The notes below the pieces were generated by a model. It had not been told where the DNA came from. It was given only the letters and a program-made list of their open reading frames with translations, and did not search any database. A stretch of 64,000 nt of DNA from Nitrososphaerales archaeon (lineage in GTDB: Archaea > Thermoproteota > Nitrososphaeria > Nitrososphaerales > UBA213): positions 768,001-832,000 of the forward strand of contig CBDAOC010000020.1 in the NCBI GenBank assembly GCA_965197925.1. The letters are read 5' to 3'. The translations under genes and the position numbers were made by a program. The stretch's first letter is position 1. Each line of letters opens with the position of its first letter. Shown in pieces: positions 33,260-43,619 of this stretch.

Positions 33260-34732
33260 ATGCAGAAGAGTAAGCATACACTACTCTGTGTTACTTTTAT
33301 TGCATTGGCTTTCCTCTTATTGGCCACAACGAACCTTTCGCTGAATTATGCCGATGCACAGAGCATAACGCTCTCAGTATCGGCGATGGACGCCGGCGGA
33401 AAATTTTTTGGATCCCAAATAGTGCAAGTAGTAGTTGATGCCCCAGCCCTGAGAGACACCGAGGCCAGCCCTGGTTCGTTAATAGTTAATGATGTGAATG
33501 TACCCTTGGTGCATTTGTCTGACAGTAGATGGTATGCATTCATTGCCGATGGAAACACATTCACAACTCTTGCCAATATAGCTGGTCTCCCGGGTAACAG
33601 CGATGGTGAATTTTGGATCATTGGTCCAAATGGAAAGAATCTGTTATTCCCATCTCTCCCTGTTGCATTTGGTCATAATCCCGCAACTGGTAGGATGAAC
33701 CCTAACCTTGACTTGAATGGTGATTGTCCAGCAACAATGAATGCTCAAGATCCTTGTGTTGAATGGCCTTACATAAGACTATTCAATTTATTTGAGAACG
33801 ATCAGGTTTTCATAAGGAATAGTGGTCAATCTGTCAAGTTAGACTATATTAAAACTTCAAGGAGCGATGTTATCCTAACCTTAGATAGAGATTCCTATCC
33901 CGTCAATGCCGAAATTATTTTTGGTATGTCTGACTATATGTGGAACATAAACCCGGTCGAAAGGGATCGTATTCACTTTGCATTCAACAATGGTAATACC
34001 GAGGTTTTCTACCAAGCATCAATATCGTTACCACCTGCAAGCATATCAGGTGCAATGCCCAATTTGGGATTTGATTTCTCACAGATACTCTCCATTGACC
34101 AAGGAGAAACCATCAGATTTGACAATACGATAAATGGTATACCAGAAACTGTCTTGATAGAAACTTATCCTAATTCTGGCAGTTTTGAAAATTTTGACGG
34201 TAGTGCTGATATGTTCGCCAAGGAGAGGGGTGTGCAGTTCAGGTTTGATTATTTTAATACATCCATTTCAGCTGGCATGAGTAGCAGCGATGCGAGCGTA
34301 AGTGTAAGTAAAGAGGAGCCAAAGACAGAAGTAAAAGAAACTCCAGTCGTGGAAGAATTGGAGGAAAAGGTAGAGCCTTCTTCTATAACCGCTCCATACT
34401 CAATAACCGAACTCAAACTTGTAGACATATTAGGAGGATCGCTTAGCAGTGTTAATGTTGAACATCCAGTCTCGGTTCAGAGTACTATCAACAACAATCT
34501 GGATAAAGACCAACCATTTGTTTACATTGTACAGGTGAAGGACGAGAATGAGTTTACTGTTATGCTTACATGGATTAAGGGTGATGTGTATGCGAAAAAG
34601 TCATTTGACCCTGGCATTTCATGGATGCCAGAAACCCATGGTGAATACACAATTGAAATTTTTGTATGGAAGAGCCTAGATGAACCAGGTATATTGCCTC
34701 TCACAAAGAGCATGCAGGTTTCTGTATCTTGA
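33260..34732 (+). CDS. S-layer protein SlaA-like secreted paralogue (short form)
   Basis: FFGSQIVQVVV, WYAFIAD, WPYIRLF, LTLDRDSYP, ETYPNSGSFE, and C-terminal FVYIVQVKDENEFTVMLTWI...IFVWKS. Confidence 0.7.
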   Translation: MQKSKHTLLCVTFIALAFLLLATTNLSLNYADAQSITLSVSAMDAGGKFFGSQIVQVVVDAPALRDTEASPGSLIVNDVNVPLVHLSDSRWYAFIADGNTFTTLANIAGLPGNSDGEFWIIGPNGKNLLFPSLPVAFGHNPATGRMNPNLDLNGDCPATMNAQDPCVEWPYIRLFNLFENDQVFIRNSGQSVKLDYIKTSRSDVILTLDRDSYPVNAEIIFGMSDYMWNINPVERDRIHFAFNNGNTEVFYQASISLPPASISGAMPNLGFDFSQILSIDQGETIRFDNTINGIPETVLIETYPNSGSFENFDGSADMFAKERGVQFRFDYFNTSISAGMSSSDASVSVSKEEPKTEVKETPVVEELEEKVEPSSITAPYSITELKLVDILGGSLSSVNVEHPVSVQSTINNNLDKDQPFVYIVQVKDENEFTVMLTWIKGDVYAKKSFDPGISWMPETHGEYTIEIFVWKSLDEPGILPLTKSMQVSVS

Positions 34733-35089
34733 ATGTTGTGAAAGTTTTAGTTAACCTTTACCAACAAAGTCAATTTGGAAAGTCCTCTCTGGATAGATCA
34801 TAATAAACAATAAATTTGGAATTTCACTACCTTACTTCTTAACTATTATTCTCTATTAGTTCATGCACCTCCAGCGAATTTCAACTAACTCATCCAACGA
34901 TATATTATGGAGACAGGACAAATACGATCCTGTAAACCACCTTTACCGTTTAATTTCATATTAAAGACTAAAATTATAGCGTTCGGGAAATCTATAAATG
35001 GGAATTTAGATTGATTCTATCTGAAACAGTAAGGCTTAGTAATTGCTAATACATACCTTATTAACCTAGTAAACGTAACTATTTGTGAG

Positions 35090-35314
35090 ATGAAAACAAG
35101 AACCCATGAAGATCCTGGAATAAATCGCATGTATAAAACTATTCAGTCTTATCTAGATGGTAAGAACGACTGCGCTGAGGTGGTTAGTTATATGAGGGAG
35201 TCTGGTCTCAAATCAGAAATACTTGCTGGAATTATGAGGCAACTCTCCGATTTTGGTGATATTGATAGATATTCATTGTTGCGTCAAGAATGTAAGTTAT
35301 TTGGTTTGTACTGA
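35090..35314 (+). CDS. Hypothetical protein
   Basis: 74 aa ATG ORF with upstream TATA-like box. Confidence 0.45.
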   Translation: MKTRTHEDPGINRMYKTIQSYLDGKNDCAEVVSYMRESGLKSEILAGIMRQLSDFGDIDRYSLLRQECKLFGLY

Positions 35315-35341
35315 TGTCTGCAAATCTGAATTGGGTGATAT

Positions 35342-35629
35342 GTGACGAGTAATATCGGGGAAAATATAAAACAAATGAATTCTATAAGTATGAAAATAAT
35401 AGAGATATCTAATCAGGCTACGCACTCCCCAACTGAGGATCTCAAACATCGCGTTTCCTTCCAGAAGCAGCAAAAGCAAGCCAAAAATGATCTAGTCAGT
35501 GAATTGATGACACTACTGAGTGAAAGTAGAAAAATGAAACTCAATGAGTCAGATAGCCCCTTGTTAGATGCATCTCTAACTAAATTAAATAAAAAACTTT
35601 ACGACGCTACTAGTCTAACTATATTTTGA
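35342..35629 (+). CDS. Hypothetical helical protein
   Basis: 95 aa ORF co-directional with neighbours. Confidence 0.35.
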   Translation: MTSNIGENIKQMNSISMKIIEISNQATHSPTEDLKHRVSFQKQQKQAKNDLVSELMTLLSESRKMKLNESDSPLLDASLTKLNKKLYDATSLTIF

Positions 35630-35844
35630 TTATTATTCATATATTGTCAGGAAAACCAAATTATAATCATCGAATCTCCATATATGTAACTGGGTAATTT
35701 TACAGGCTCTGTAGAAACCATACTATAAAGACAGTTACTCTGCATATTGTAAGCAATTACCTAGGTACTGGTAACTTATCAGGGTCGCGGCTATCTTGAG
35801 ATAAGAGGTCGTCCGTCAAATAGTTAACAGTACCAATTACAATA

Positions 35845-36159
35845 ATGCAAATATATCACCTTACATGTAGAAGCTGCGGGTTTGAATCGGAACAACCCCT
35901 TGATATATCAGACCTTGACCAGATTCTTACCGATGTCAACTCAGATTTTGCGGAATACTATCTTTTCATATGTAAAACAGAGTCAAAGTTCGTACATGCT
36001 GATATTCATAGTAAGGATTTTGAGGGTAAATGTCCTTGCGATGGTAATGAACTTATAGAAATAGGAGCAGAACAAGAAATCTCCCTTATAAGGTGTCCTC
36101 GATGTAACCAAGATCCAGCTGCGGCAACGAGTCCACCACTGGAAGAGAGTGACAGGTAA
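35845..36159 (+). CDS. Zinc-ribbon protein
   Basis: CRSCG, CPCDG, CPRC. Confidence 0.7.
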   Translation: MQIYHLTCRSCGFESEQPLDISDLDQILTDVNSDFAEYYLFICKTESKFVHADIHSKDFEGKCPCDGNELIEIGAEQEISLIRCPRCNQDPAAATSPPLEESDR

Positions 36160-36196
36160 ACATAACCTAATTTACTAATCAATAGCACCTAATGCT

Positions 36197-36406
36197 ATGG
36201 AGAGCAAGTCTTATAATTGCACTCAAAACGAACATAGTTCTTGTGATGGTTTGGTCAAGAAGATAATAAACATTTCAGACATAACCAAAATGTGTGCTTG
36301 TCAATGTCACAACAGTAGCTATCAACTTCTCAAAAAGATGTTCGCAGGAATAAATCAAAAAGATATTTGGTTCATGAGCTCCTGTTTTTGTTTTACAACC
36401 AGATAA
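36197..36406 (+). CDS. Small Cys/His-rich protein
   Basis: C...H..CDG...CACQCH. Confidence 0.55.
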   Translation: MESKSYNCTQNEHSSCDGLVKKIINISDITKMCACQCHNSSYQLLKKMFAGINQKDIWFMSSCFCFTTR

Positions 36407-36483
36407 CCAAAAATTAGTTAGGAATTATAATCTGAGAGGTACATCTTAGCACGGCAGGCGGAATCCGTGAGTGAGAATCTAAA

Positions 36484-37358
36484 CAACTCATCTCAAAACC
36501 CTACAATACATCAAAAATGATGCAAGATTAACAAATGCCAGGTAGTTTTCTGCCGTTCTTTCATACCTGATTCTTGTTCTGTGAAATCCATTCTTGAGCC
36601 ATGCAAGGAATCTCTCAACTACAAATCTTGTCTTGCTGTAATGTTTGTAATCATTATTTTGCAAGATGAACTTGGAATTTATTTTGTATGGGATGCAACA
36701 TGCAATATTTCTATCCCACAAATACATTCTGATGTATTTTGCATCATTTTGTCTGCATAAACTGATTCTATCTGTTGTATTGAATCATCATCAAGATAGT
36801 CTGAAATTGATCCTGTAACATCCATGCATTTTGTACTGTCATGTTCATTTGCTGGACTCAACAGTATGGATATTGGAAATCCGTTACCCTCTACTGCGGC
36901 ATGTATTTTTGTACCTGTTATTCTCTTGAATCCATTATATCCAGTTACATTGCCCCTTTTTTTATCAGGAATGGATGAAGAGTCAACTGATATTTTTTGT
37001 AGATTAATTTTGCCAGATTTATGTGCTGAGTGAATAGTACGTGATAGAATCTTTTTCCAGATTCCTTTTTGTTGCCATTTGTTTAACCTTCTGTTTGCAG
37101 TAGAATCATCACCATATCTTTTTGGCATATCGTCCCATCGGCATCCAGTAGTTAGAACATGGATTATTCCGTTAATGATTTTTCTATCATCATCCCTAGG
37201 CCTGCCAGTTTTTGCATGTGGTGGTATGTGTGATTCCATCATACTCCACTGTTTGTCTGATAATTCTTGGAATTTCATAAAATAATTTTAGATGTCGCTA
37301 TTCATAGATCTAAATGGTCGCTAAAAATTGTCTAAATGGTTAGTTTTGAGATGAGTTG
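36484..37358 (-). mobile_element. IS-B copy 1, IS5 family (IS427-like), 875 bp, defective
   Basis: Perfect 16-bp TIR CAACTCATCTCAAAAC; AAA flanks both ends; GRPR..DR...TGCRWDDMP, VDSS, GTKIH, RFVVERF; ADKGYD motif broken by a deletion. Confidence 0.93.
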
Positions 37359-37562
37359 AAAGTATCGTCTCTCCAGTCACAGGAGACATATACATGACAA
37401 AAATGGGTTTATCAGTGAGTTAATGACGATAATCTCAGATAGTAGAAAAATGAGCCTTAATCAGAACGATAAAACAAAATTAGATACGACTAGCACCCGA
37501 TAAAATGAAAAAATCTATTCACCAACTAGTCAGACGATAACCTAACTGCTGGAGTTTGTCAT

Positions 37563-37811
37563 TTACTTTCTTGTCTTGTCCAGATTACCTGAGAATTTAC
37601 TGCCTCTATTTTCTTTGCTACCAAAGGTTCTTCTTGGCGGTGGACTATCATTCTCATGTCCTGGATGTGATCTAATATGCGACCAATATTCTGTTCTTGT
37701 GACTGCCGTTTTACAAACAGGGCAGTTTCCTTGGCCACATTTATGATGTTCGATGAAGTTTGGATGAATCGTTACATTACATTTATCGCATTTGTTTGTG
37801 TTTTGTAACAT
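37563..37811 (-). CDS. Small double C2H2-type zinc-finger protein
   Basis: CDKC...HHKC; CPVC...HIRSH. Confidence 0.7.
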   Translation of the reverse strand: MLQNTNKCDKCNVTIHPNFIEHHKCGQGNCPVCKTAVTRTEYWSHIRSHPGHENDSPPPRRTFGSKENRGSKFSGNLDKTRK

Positions 37812-38039
37812 AATTTCTGTATTGTTGCCTATTATATATAATTAGAATGTTTTGTTATTCATGCCGACAAACTGTGTCTATTTCCGACTCTTTCTGGACT
37901 CTTTATGTATTGTTTAAACCGAGCTTTGCTTGTAAAATAATTAACGAGACATTAATAATAGCTGAATTTCAATGCTGTGTCGGATAATCAACAGAAGATT
38001 GTGAATATTTGATAGAATGAGATTATGATCAGTTATTAT

Positions 38040-38367
38040 CATTGAGATTCATGCTTGATAGGAACTGGAAAGGGTATAATGAAGGACTGGTAAGGAGAGG
38101 ATTAACTCAGGAGATGCGGGGATCGTTCAAAGGATGAAGAATTTCTGGATTTGGAAATTAAGCGAGAGGACCCTTTACTGAAGCAAAAGGAAGAATTCAA
38201 GCATGTCATTGAGAGTGCTACTCTTGAGCAAATGCAAGAAATGTTAAAGACATTTGCAAGATCATGTTCAGAGAGTAGCAGTAAGTGAAGAAGCGGAACT
38301 ACTAATCATACAGGGATGGAAATTTGTTGGAATATTACCGAACGGCAAGGTTATTCTACAGAAATAA
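38040..38367 (+). pseudogene. Probable C-terminal remnant of an archaeal tyrosine integrase
   Basis: Broken frames give ...TQEMRGSF...EEFLDLEIK... and QRVAVSEEAELLIIQGWKFVGILPNGKVILQK*, like archaeal integrase tails; ends 25 bp before a tRNA. Confidence 0.55.
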
Positions 38368-38392
38368 ATACACCATGAGCTACACCCCTGTG

Positions 38393-38493
38393 GGGCCCGT
38401 AGCTCAGTCAGGTAGAGCACCGGAAGCATTGGTGAAACTTTTAACTTGACTGGAGACATCCGGTGGTCTCGGGATCAATGCCCGACGGGCCCG
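38393..38493 (+). tRNA. tRNA-Lys(UUU) with two introns (38424-38436 at 30/31; 38444-38457 at 37/38)
   Basis: Acceptor GGGCCCG/CGGGCCC-G; removing both introns gives CCGGA-CTTTTAA-TCCGG and a 74-nt cloverleaf; BHB central helices CACC/GGTG and CTTT/GGAG. Confidence 0.9.
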
Positions 38494-38539
38494 CTACTAC
38501 TCTCCGTTCAATACCTCTACCCTGTTTAAGACAACTTTG

Positions 38540-39345
38540 CCATTAGGCAATGTTCCAATAATTGGTAGACAGATGAACATCAGACAAAAGGTTCAAGACC
38601 ATATCATTTGAAAGTCAAGAATAGATGTATTGGCATCCTGTTTGTAAGAAAAGGATTGATAGATCCATTCATTATATCTTTTGATAGTTGCTTAGTGAAA
38701 AAGGGATTAGATAGCACGAATCAAGCATGATGAACAATATTATTCCAAACTCTGGAATAGATGCAGATGCAAGTTGGGCTACAGCAGAACCAAGGGATGG
38801 GTATTCGGATACAAGATGCATCTAGCATGTAGTACTGGTTCGTTGATAGTTCCATTATCAGCTGATTTCACAACAGCTAACATTACTGATAACAAGATGT
38901 ATGAAAGCATAACATCTTCATTGCCTACAGGAATGGTAAGGTATGTTGTAGGAGATGAAGGATATGATGATCACAAGTTATGTGATTTCAGCAGGTATAG
39001 AGGGCATCCAGTATTCCCATTGGAAAGGTACAAGCATACTACAGATAATAATAGACTGGCATTGCTGCAGTTCTATAACTCTGAATATGGGCAGCATGTA
39101 TATTCTCGGAAGAGCATAAGCGTTGAGCCATTGATAGAGCATATGAAGGATGTATTTACCATAGACCCACTACCTGTTAGAGGATTTGATAAGGTAAGGA
39201 GTATAGTGTTGTTATCAGTATTGTTGTATCAGGTAATGGTTTACTACAACTAGACAGGAGGCCTCTTAGGGCATTGAAGTATATGTTGGGAAGCTAATAG
39301 TAATAATTTCAAAATAATATTATAATTGAATTATGCCCAAGTCTC
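38540..39345 (+). mobile_element. IS-A copy 2, chimeric: diverged 5' part joined to a near-identical 3' part; left TIR missing
   Basis: 38540-38775 aligns only loosely to IS-A; 38775-39345 is near-identical and ends GCCCAAGTCTC followed by AGATACTT. Confidence 0.85.
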
Positions 39346-39375
39346 AGATACTTAGTAAATAATGCGGCTTATTCA

Positions 39376-40047
39376 TTACTCATCTTGACCTTTTTTAGAT
39401 TTGTTATTTGTAAAACTGTTAGAATCCTTGTCATTTTTTATATCAACATCAGACAATGTGTCAGGCAATTCCGCTTCATCTTTATGAACTTCAGCAGTAT
39501 CAGACAATGTGTCACCTTTATGTGATGATGATTCTTTATCGTGTTTTTCATTCTTTGTTCGACTAGTTCTATTGAAAAAAAGTATAGCAAGAATGATTGC
39601 TATTATAATATAATTCACAGGTGGCTGAATTAACCTTGTAATATAACCTATTTTAGGAATCACATAGATTACTTCGCCAATATAATCATCCTTGGTTATT
39701 GGAAAATCTGTGCCGGGTATAGTGGTTGGATTTGCATCACCTTTGGTGGTCATGATTCTTTCATTACTCCCTTTGATGTCAACTATTCTATGAACTATTA
39801 CCCTATCGTGCACTTCTGGTCTGTTAAATACTATAATATCACCGCGTTTCACGTTTTCAAAAGTCGAACCGTTCTTTACTATAAGAACATCGTAAACGTT
39901 CAAAACTGGTTCCATACTACCACTAGATACAACGTAAAAAGGGTTCTGTGTTCCAAATATAACCTGTAAAACAAGCCATACAGTTATTACACCTACAACA
40001 ACAATAGCTACGTCCTTTATTGCATGTCTAATTTTAGGACTCGGCAT
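39376..40047 (-). CDS. sec11: Signal peptidase I (archaeal Sec11/S26B type)
   Basis: VVSSGSMEP, GDIIVF, IVHRI, TKGDAN, IPKIG. Confidence 0.93.
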   Translation of the reverse strand: MPSPKIRHAIKDVAIVVVGVITVWLVLQVIFGTQNPFYVVSSGSMEPVLNVYDVLIVKNGSTFENVKRGDIIVFNRPEVHDRVIVHRIVDIKGSNERIMTTKGDANPTTIPGTDFPITKDDYIGEVIYVIPKIGYITRLIQPPVNYIIIAIILAILFFNRTSRTKNEKHDKESSSHKGDTLSDTAEVHKDEAELPDTLSDVDIKNDKDSNSFTNNKSKKGQDE

Positions 40048-40640
40048 GTATTTCCTTTGATTAAAGGTTATTTTATATTAGATAAACCTTGCGAGAAAAG
40101 GCAGCTCAGACTAATGCCTTAACATCACTAATCAGAATAACTCTGATTCTTCATAGCTGCCAGAAATACGGACATCGATTAATTATTTGAATCTTGGCGT
40201 TAAACTGCCATATCTTTTCTCTTCTATCTCTCTGTCCCCTTGAATTTTAGTTTATTTTTTAAAGTCCAGACCCTTGCTAGATCCCATGAATACTATCGTT
40301 GATTGTATATTCGTATTTTTGCTGGATTAACATGTTCATGGTAAAGCTAAATATCACCAAAAGCAAGTCAACCATAAAATCTTGGTTATTTACAGCTCTA
40401 ATATAGTAAAATAATCTGCCGTGGTGTACTCCATACTCCCCTTGGACAATCTTAATTTATGAGTTTTCCTTAAATTATGATTATTAGACCTATTGAACAC
40501 GGCAAATGGCGTACGCGTAATGGTTTATTCAATCAATTTACTTTAATAATAGTAAAAATTTTAGGTATTTAATTCCTTATTAAAAGAGGTGAATATAGAT
40601 CATTCTATTTGGGAGAAAAAAGGGTAAGAAGAAAGATGAA

Positions 40641-41870
40641 ATGGAGTACGAATCCAACGAAATTGCATTTTCCGAACTTGACCAATGGATCAAAAAGGAA
40701 TTAGATGTTGCTTTTGAAGAAATAATGCCTGAAGCAATTCAATTTATGGACAAGTTTCAAATCATAATCAATTCGATCAAAACTCTTGGCGAGCAACTGG
40801 ATGAAGAGCAGATCAAGGAAGATGAAGTTTCACAACAATATATCCCCGTCATTAATGATGCAAAAAATACAATTGTAACCGCGATCAAGAAGGAAACCTC
40901 TACTGACTTACAAGAAATTATTACCTTTGAAGATGTTCTTACTTTGAAAGAGAGGGCAAAAGGTCTTCTAAACAGGCTTGGTGAAACTGGTGGTTCACAT
41001 AGACGTACAATACATTCCTTCTTTGGCAAACACGCAAAAGTCCTAAAGGTGGAATTAGGATTATTGGATAAGGAAATGAAACGGTTTAATGTGTTGATAG
41101 ATGATTATACTGAAAAATCTACCTTGTTTAAAGATTCCAAAGAAAGCATGGCAAGGATTTCGGAATCCATAAGGATAGAGAATGAATCATTGAAAAAGCG
41201 GGGAGAGATTAGTGATGAGCTCGAGTGGCTCAGATCCCAGAATATGGAACTTACGAAAAAGGTTCAAGATAATGAAAATACAGAAGAATTCAAAATATTC
41301 ATGAAAAGTCAAGATGAATTGATAAATGTCAAAAATGCAGTAAATAATATACTATCTGAAGTCAACTCTTCTTTTTCACGTATATCCAGACCCCTGAGCA
41401 AATATACTTACGAGGTAGGCCTCGATAAGGAAAGTAAATCTTTGATGCAGTCAATTATGGAGAACCCGGTTAACCTGATGCACGATTCTAAAATAAATCA
41501 AGTAATTGAAGTGTTAAACAAGGTCAAAGATGGGATGAAAAAGGGGAAGATATCGACGAAAAATCCTGACAAGGATATTGAAAACCTAAATGAGTTATTA
41601 GATAATTTGCAACATTATGTAAAACAATTTGAAGAGTATGACAATAAGGTCAATGAATTACAAGACAAAACCGTAGGTGATAAGACCAAATTGGAACTTA
41701 TGGATAATGAATCGAAAAGAATTAGATATGAGATACAGCAGAAAGAGTCAAGTATGAATTATTGTGATAAGGAAATTGATAATGCTCGATCAACTATAAA
41801 TGACGAATTGAAGAAAATTTCTGAAAGAATTGAAAGAGCTGTAGGAAGTAGAATTAGGGTTGTGATATGA
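40641..41870 (+). CDS. Coiled-coil hypothetical protein
   Basis: 409 aa E/K-rich ORF; FSRISRPLSKY segment. Confidence 0.75.
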   Translation: MEYESNEIAFSELDQWIKKELDVAFEEIMPEAIQFMDKFQIIINSIKTLGEQLDEEQIKEDEVSQQYIPVINDAKNTIVTAIKKETSTDLQEIITFEDVLTLKERAKGLLNRLGETGGSHRRTIHSFFGKHAKVLKVELGLLDKEMKRFNVLIDDYTEKSTLFKDSKESMARISESIRIENESLKKRGEISDELEWLRSQNMELTKKVQDNENTEEFKIFMKSQDELINVKNAVNNILSEVNSSFSRISRPLSKYTYEVGLDKESKSLMQSIMENPVNLMHDSKINQVIEVLNKVKDGMKKGKISTKNPDKDIENLNELLDNLQHYVKQFEEYDNKVNELQDKTVGDKTKLELMDNESKRIRYEIQQKESSMNYCDKEIDNARSTINDELKKISERIERAVGSRIRVVI

Positions 41871-42109
41871 GCATTGATAAGAAACCTTGGTTCACGAACT
41901 AAGTTCTGGTGCTCAATAGTTCGGGAGTTCTTGTAACTGATATATAGTAAGGTAGAAATATACTTGTCCGTTATCCCAAAAACTGGGGTTTTAGTAGTAT
42001 TTAGGATGGCATCTTTTTTCAAAGTGGAAATGTAAGAGGAAATGAATGCCAATAATAGACACGTAGTTTAGAGAAATATATTTTATTAGATAGGAAAGAA
42101 TTTGAATTC

Positions 42110-42390
42110 AAAGATATTGGTAAAAGTAGAATTCCGGCCTTCTGTTGCCACGTGCACAAAACTGAAGCTAATATTTAAGGAATTATCGGGTGATCGTAAG
42201 GAAATTCTGTTTGTCAAGGTAGAAATTGATGCCTAATAAGGAGAGTAAACAAACAAGGTGTCATGAGTCCCTGTAACCAAGTTCTTTTGTGAAGGAAGAG
42301 GAGCAGGAGAATAGATTGGTTACGTATCAAAGGACCAAATTAAAAAAAGGGAGAACAATTGCTTCAAAGGCATCAACAACGCTTTAGATT
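42110..42390 (+). pseudogene. Decayed thioredoxin-like gene
   Basis: Fragments LKLIFKELSGDRKEILFVKVEID*, GVMS, KFFCEGR, GYVSKDQIK across several frames; CxxC not intact. Confidence 0.5.
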
Positions 42391-42642
42391 TAGAATCTTT
42401 CATGAATAGGTTTCCTTTTGCAGATTAATATTTGTGACCTTTCAGTCACCAAAAGAACCTAAAACCTATTTGGTTAAGCTTCTGAAAAGTAGTTATTGAA
42501 AATGTCCTACTTGTACAATTTACCATGATCTTTATAGAGGATAACTTGAAATCATCCAATGTAGATAATTTTTTATCTAATCGTAAAAAACCAAAATTCA
42601 TTTAGGTCTTTGATTCTTCACAGAACTTCAATTCTACAAGAA

Positions 42643-42906
42643 CTACTTCCTTCGGGCGTAATTTGCCTCATTCATAATTAGTTTTTTATACTCTTGTATA
42701 AAGTATCTACCCTTGTCAGTTATATTAAAAAAGTTGAAATAATCTTCGGTTACGAGATTCAATTCCGAAAGCATATTAAGATATTTTTTAGATAATCCTT
42801 CTTCCAAGTTAACCAATTTATTCATATTTATCTTATCGCCAATTCTATATTCTAAACCCTGCAGGAAGCGTAACCAAACTTCAAACATCCTATGCTTCCC
42901 TCTCAT
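42643..42906 (-). CDS. Winged-helix protein (HTH_45-like)
   Basis: KKYLNMLSELNLV...ITDKGRYFIQEY. Confidence 0.7.
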   Translation of the reverse strand: MRGKHRMFEVWLRFLQGLEYRIGDKINMNKLVNLEEGLSKKYLNMLSELNLVTEDYFNFFNITDKGRYFIQEYKKLIMNEANYARRK

Positions 42907-43264
42907 TCAACTCACAGCTCTGCTCATTCAGAGTATCGATGTATGAAATGAATCTTAGTATTACTTCTTGGCGTCGACGCTCTCGTACAGCTACTGGCCC
43001 AGATGCGCTACGCATGTCAGCTAGGACATCGTCTATTGCATCAATATGAAGATCACTTAAGCCTAGCAATTCCTTGACCTGATAAGCGTCACATTTTTGG
43101 ATCGCGTCTACAATTTTTTTTGGAGCTCTCCGCTTGATCTCAATGCTTAATTGATCCCAGACCCATGCCTCCCAATGTCCAGTTTCGATTAATGTTGGGA
43201 TAAATTCATTTGAAGAATTGTAAACAATATTCCCACTTGAATTCATAAATTTTTCTATCACCAT
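42890..43264 (-). CDS. Hypothetical protein
   Basis: 124 aa ATG ORF overlapping the downstream wHTH gene. Confidence 0.55.
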   Translation of the reverse strand: MVIEKFMNSSGNIVYNSSNEFIPTLIETGHWEAWVWDQLSIEIKRRAPKKIVDAIQKCDAYQVKELLGLSDLHIDAIDDVLADMRSASGPVAVRERRRQEVILRFISYIDTLNEQSCELNEREA

Positions 43265-43619
43265 TTATGGTGTTTATAATTAATATAAAATAATTAATAT
43301 AAAAATAAAGTTATAAAAATCTTTTAATCAAAGGTCAAATTATGAAAAATTTGTATCCTAAATTAGAATATTTTGGAGCAAAGTTCCAAAACTTGGATAC
43401 TGGATTTATCGAAAAAAAACCTCCGTCTAATATATTTATCACGAATGATGTTGTTCTTCATCTCATCCTAGATGGTATAATTCAAGACCGATAATCCGAA
43501 TGTATAACAATGCAAACACAAAACATCAAGTTTCAGGTTAGAAATCAAGATACTGTGTATAGATCAAAAAAGTCTATGTAAATGAACAGAAAATAATACA
43601 TCTCTTCAAGCCTACTGGT

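Noticed and set aside
39440..39520. Short direct repeat ATCAGACAATGTGTCA in the signal peptidase tail
   Set aside because: In-frame DTLSD repeat in a low-complexity tail; no sign of separate function
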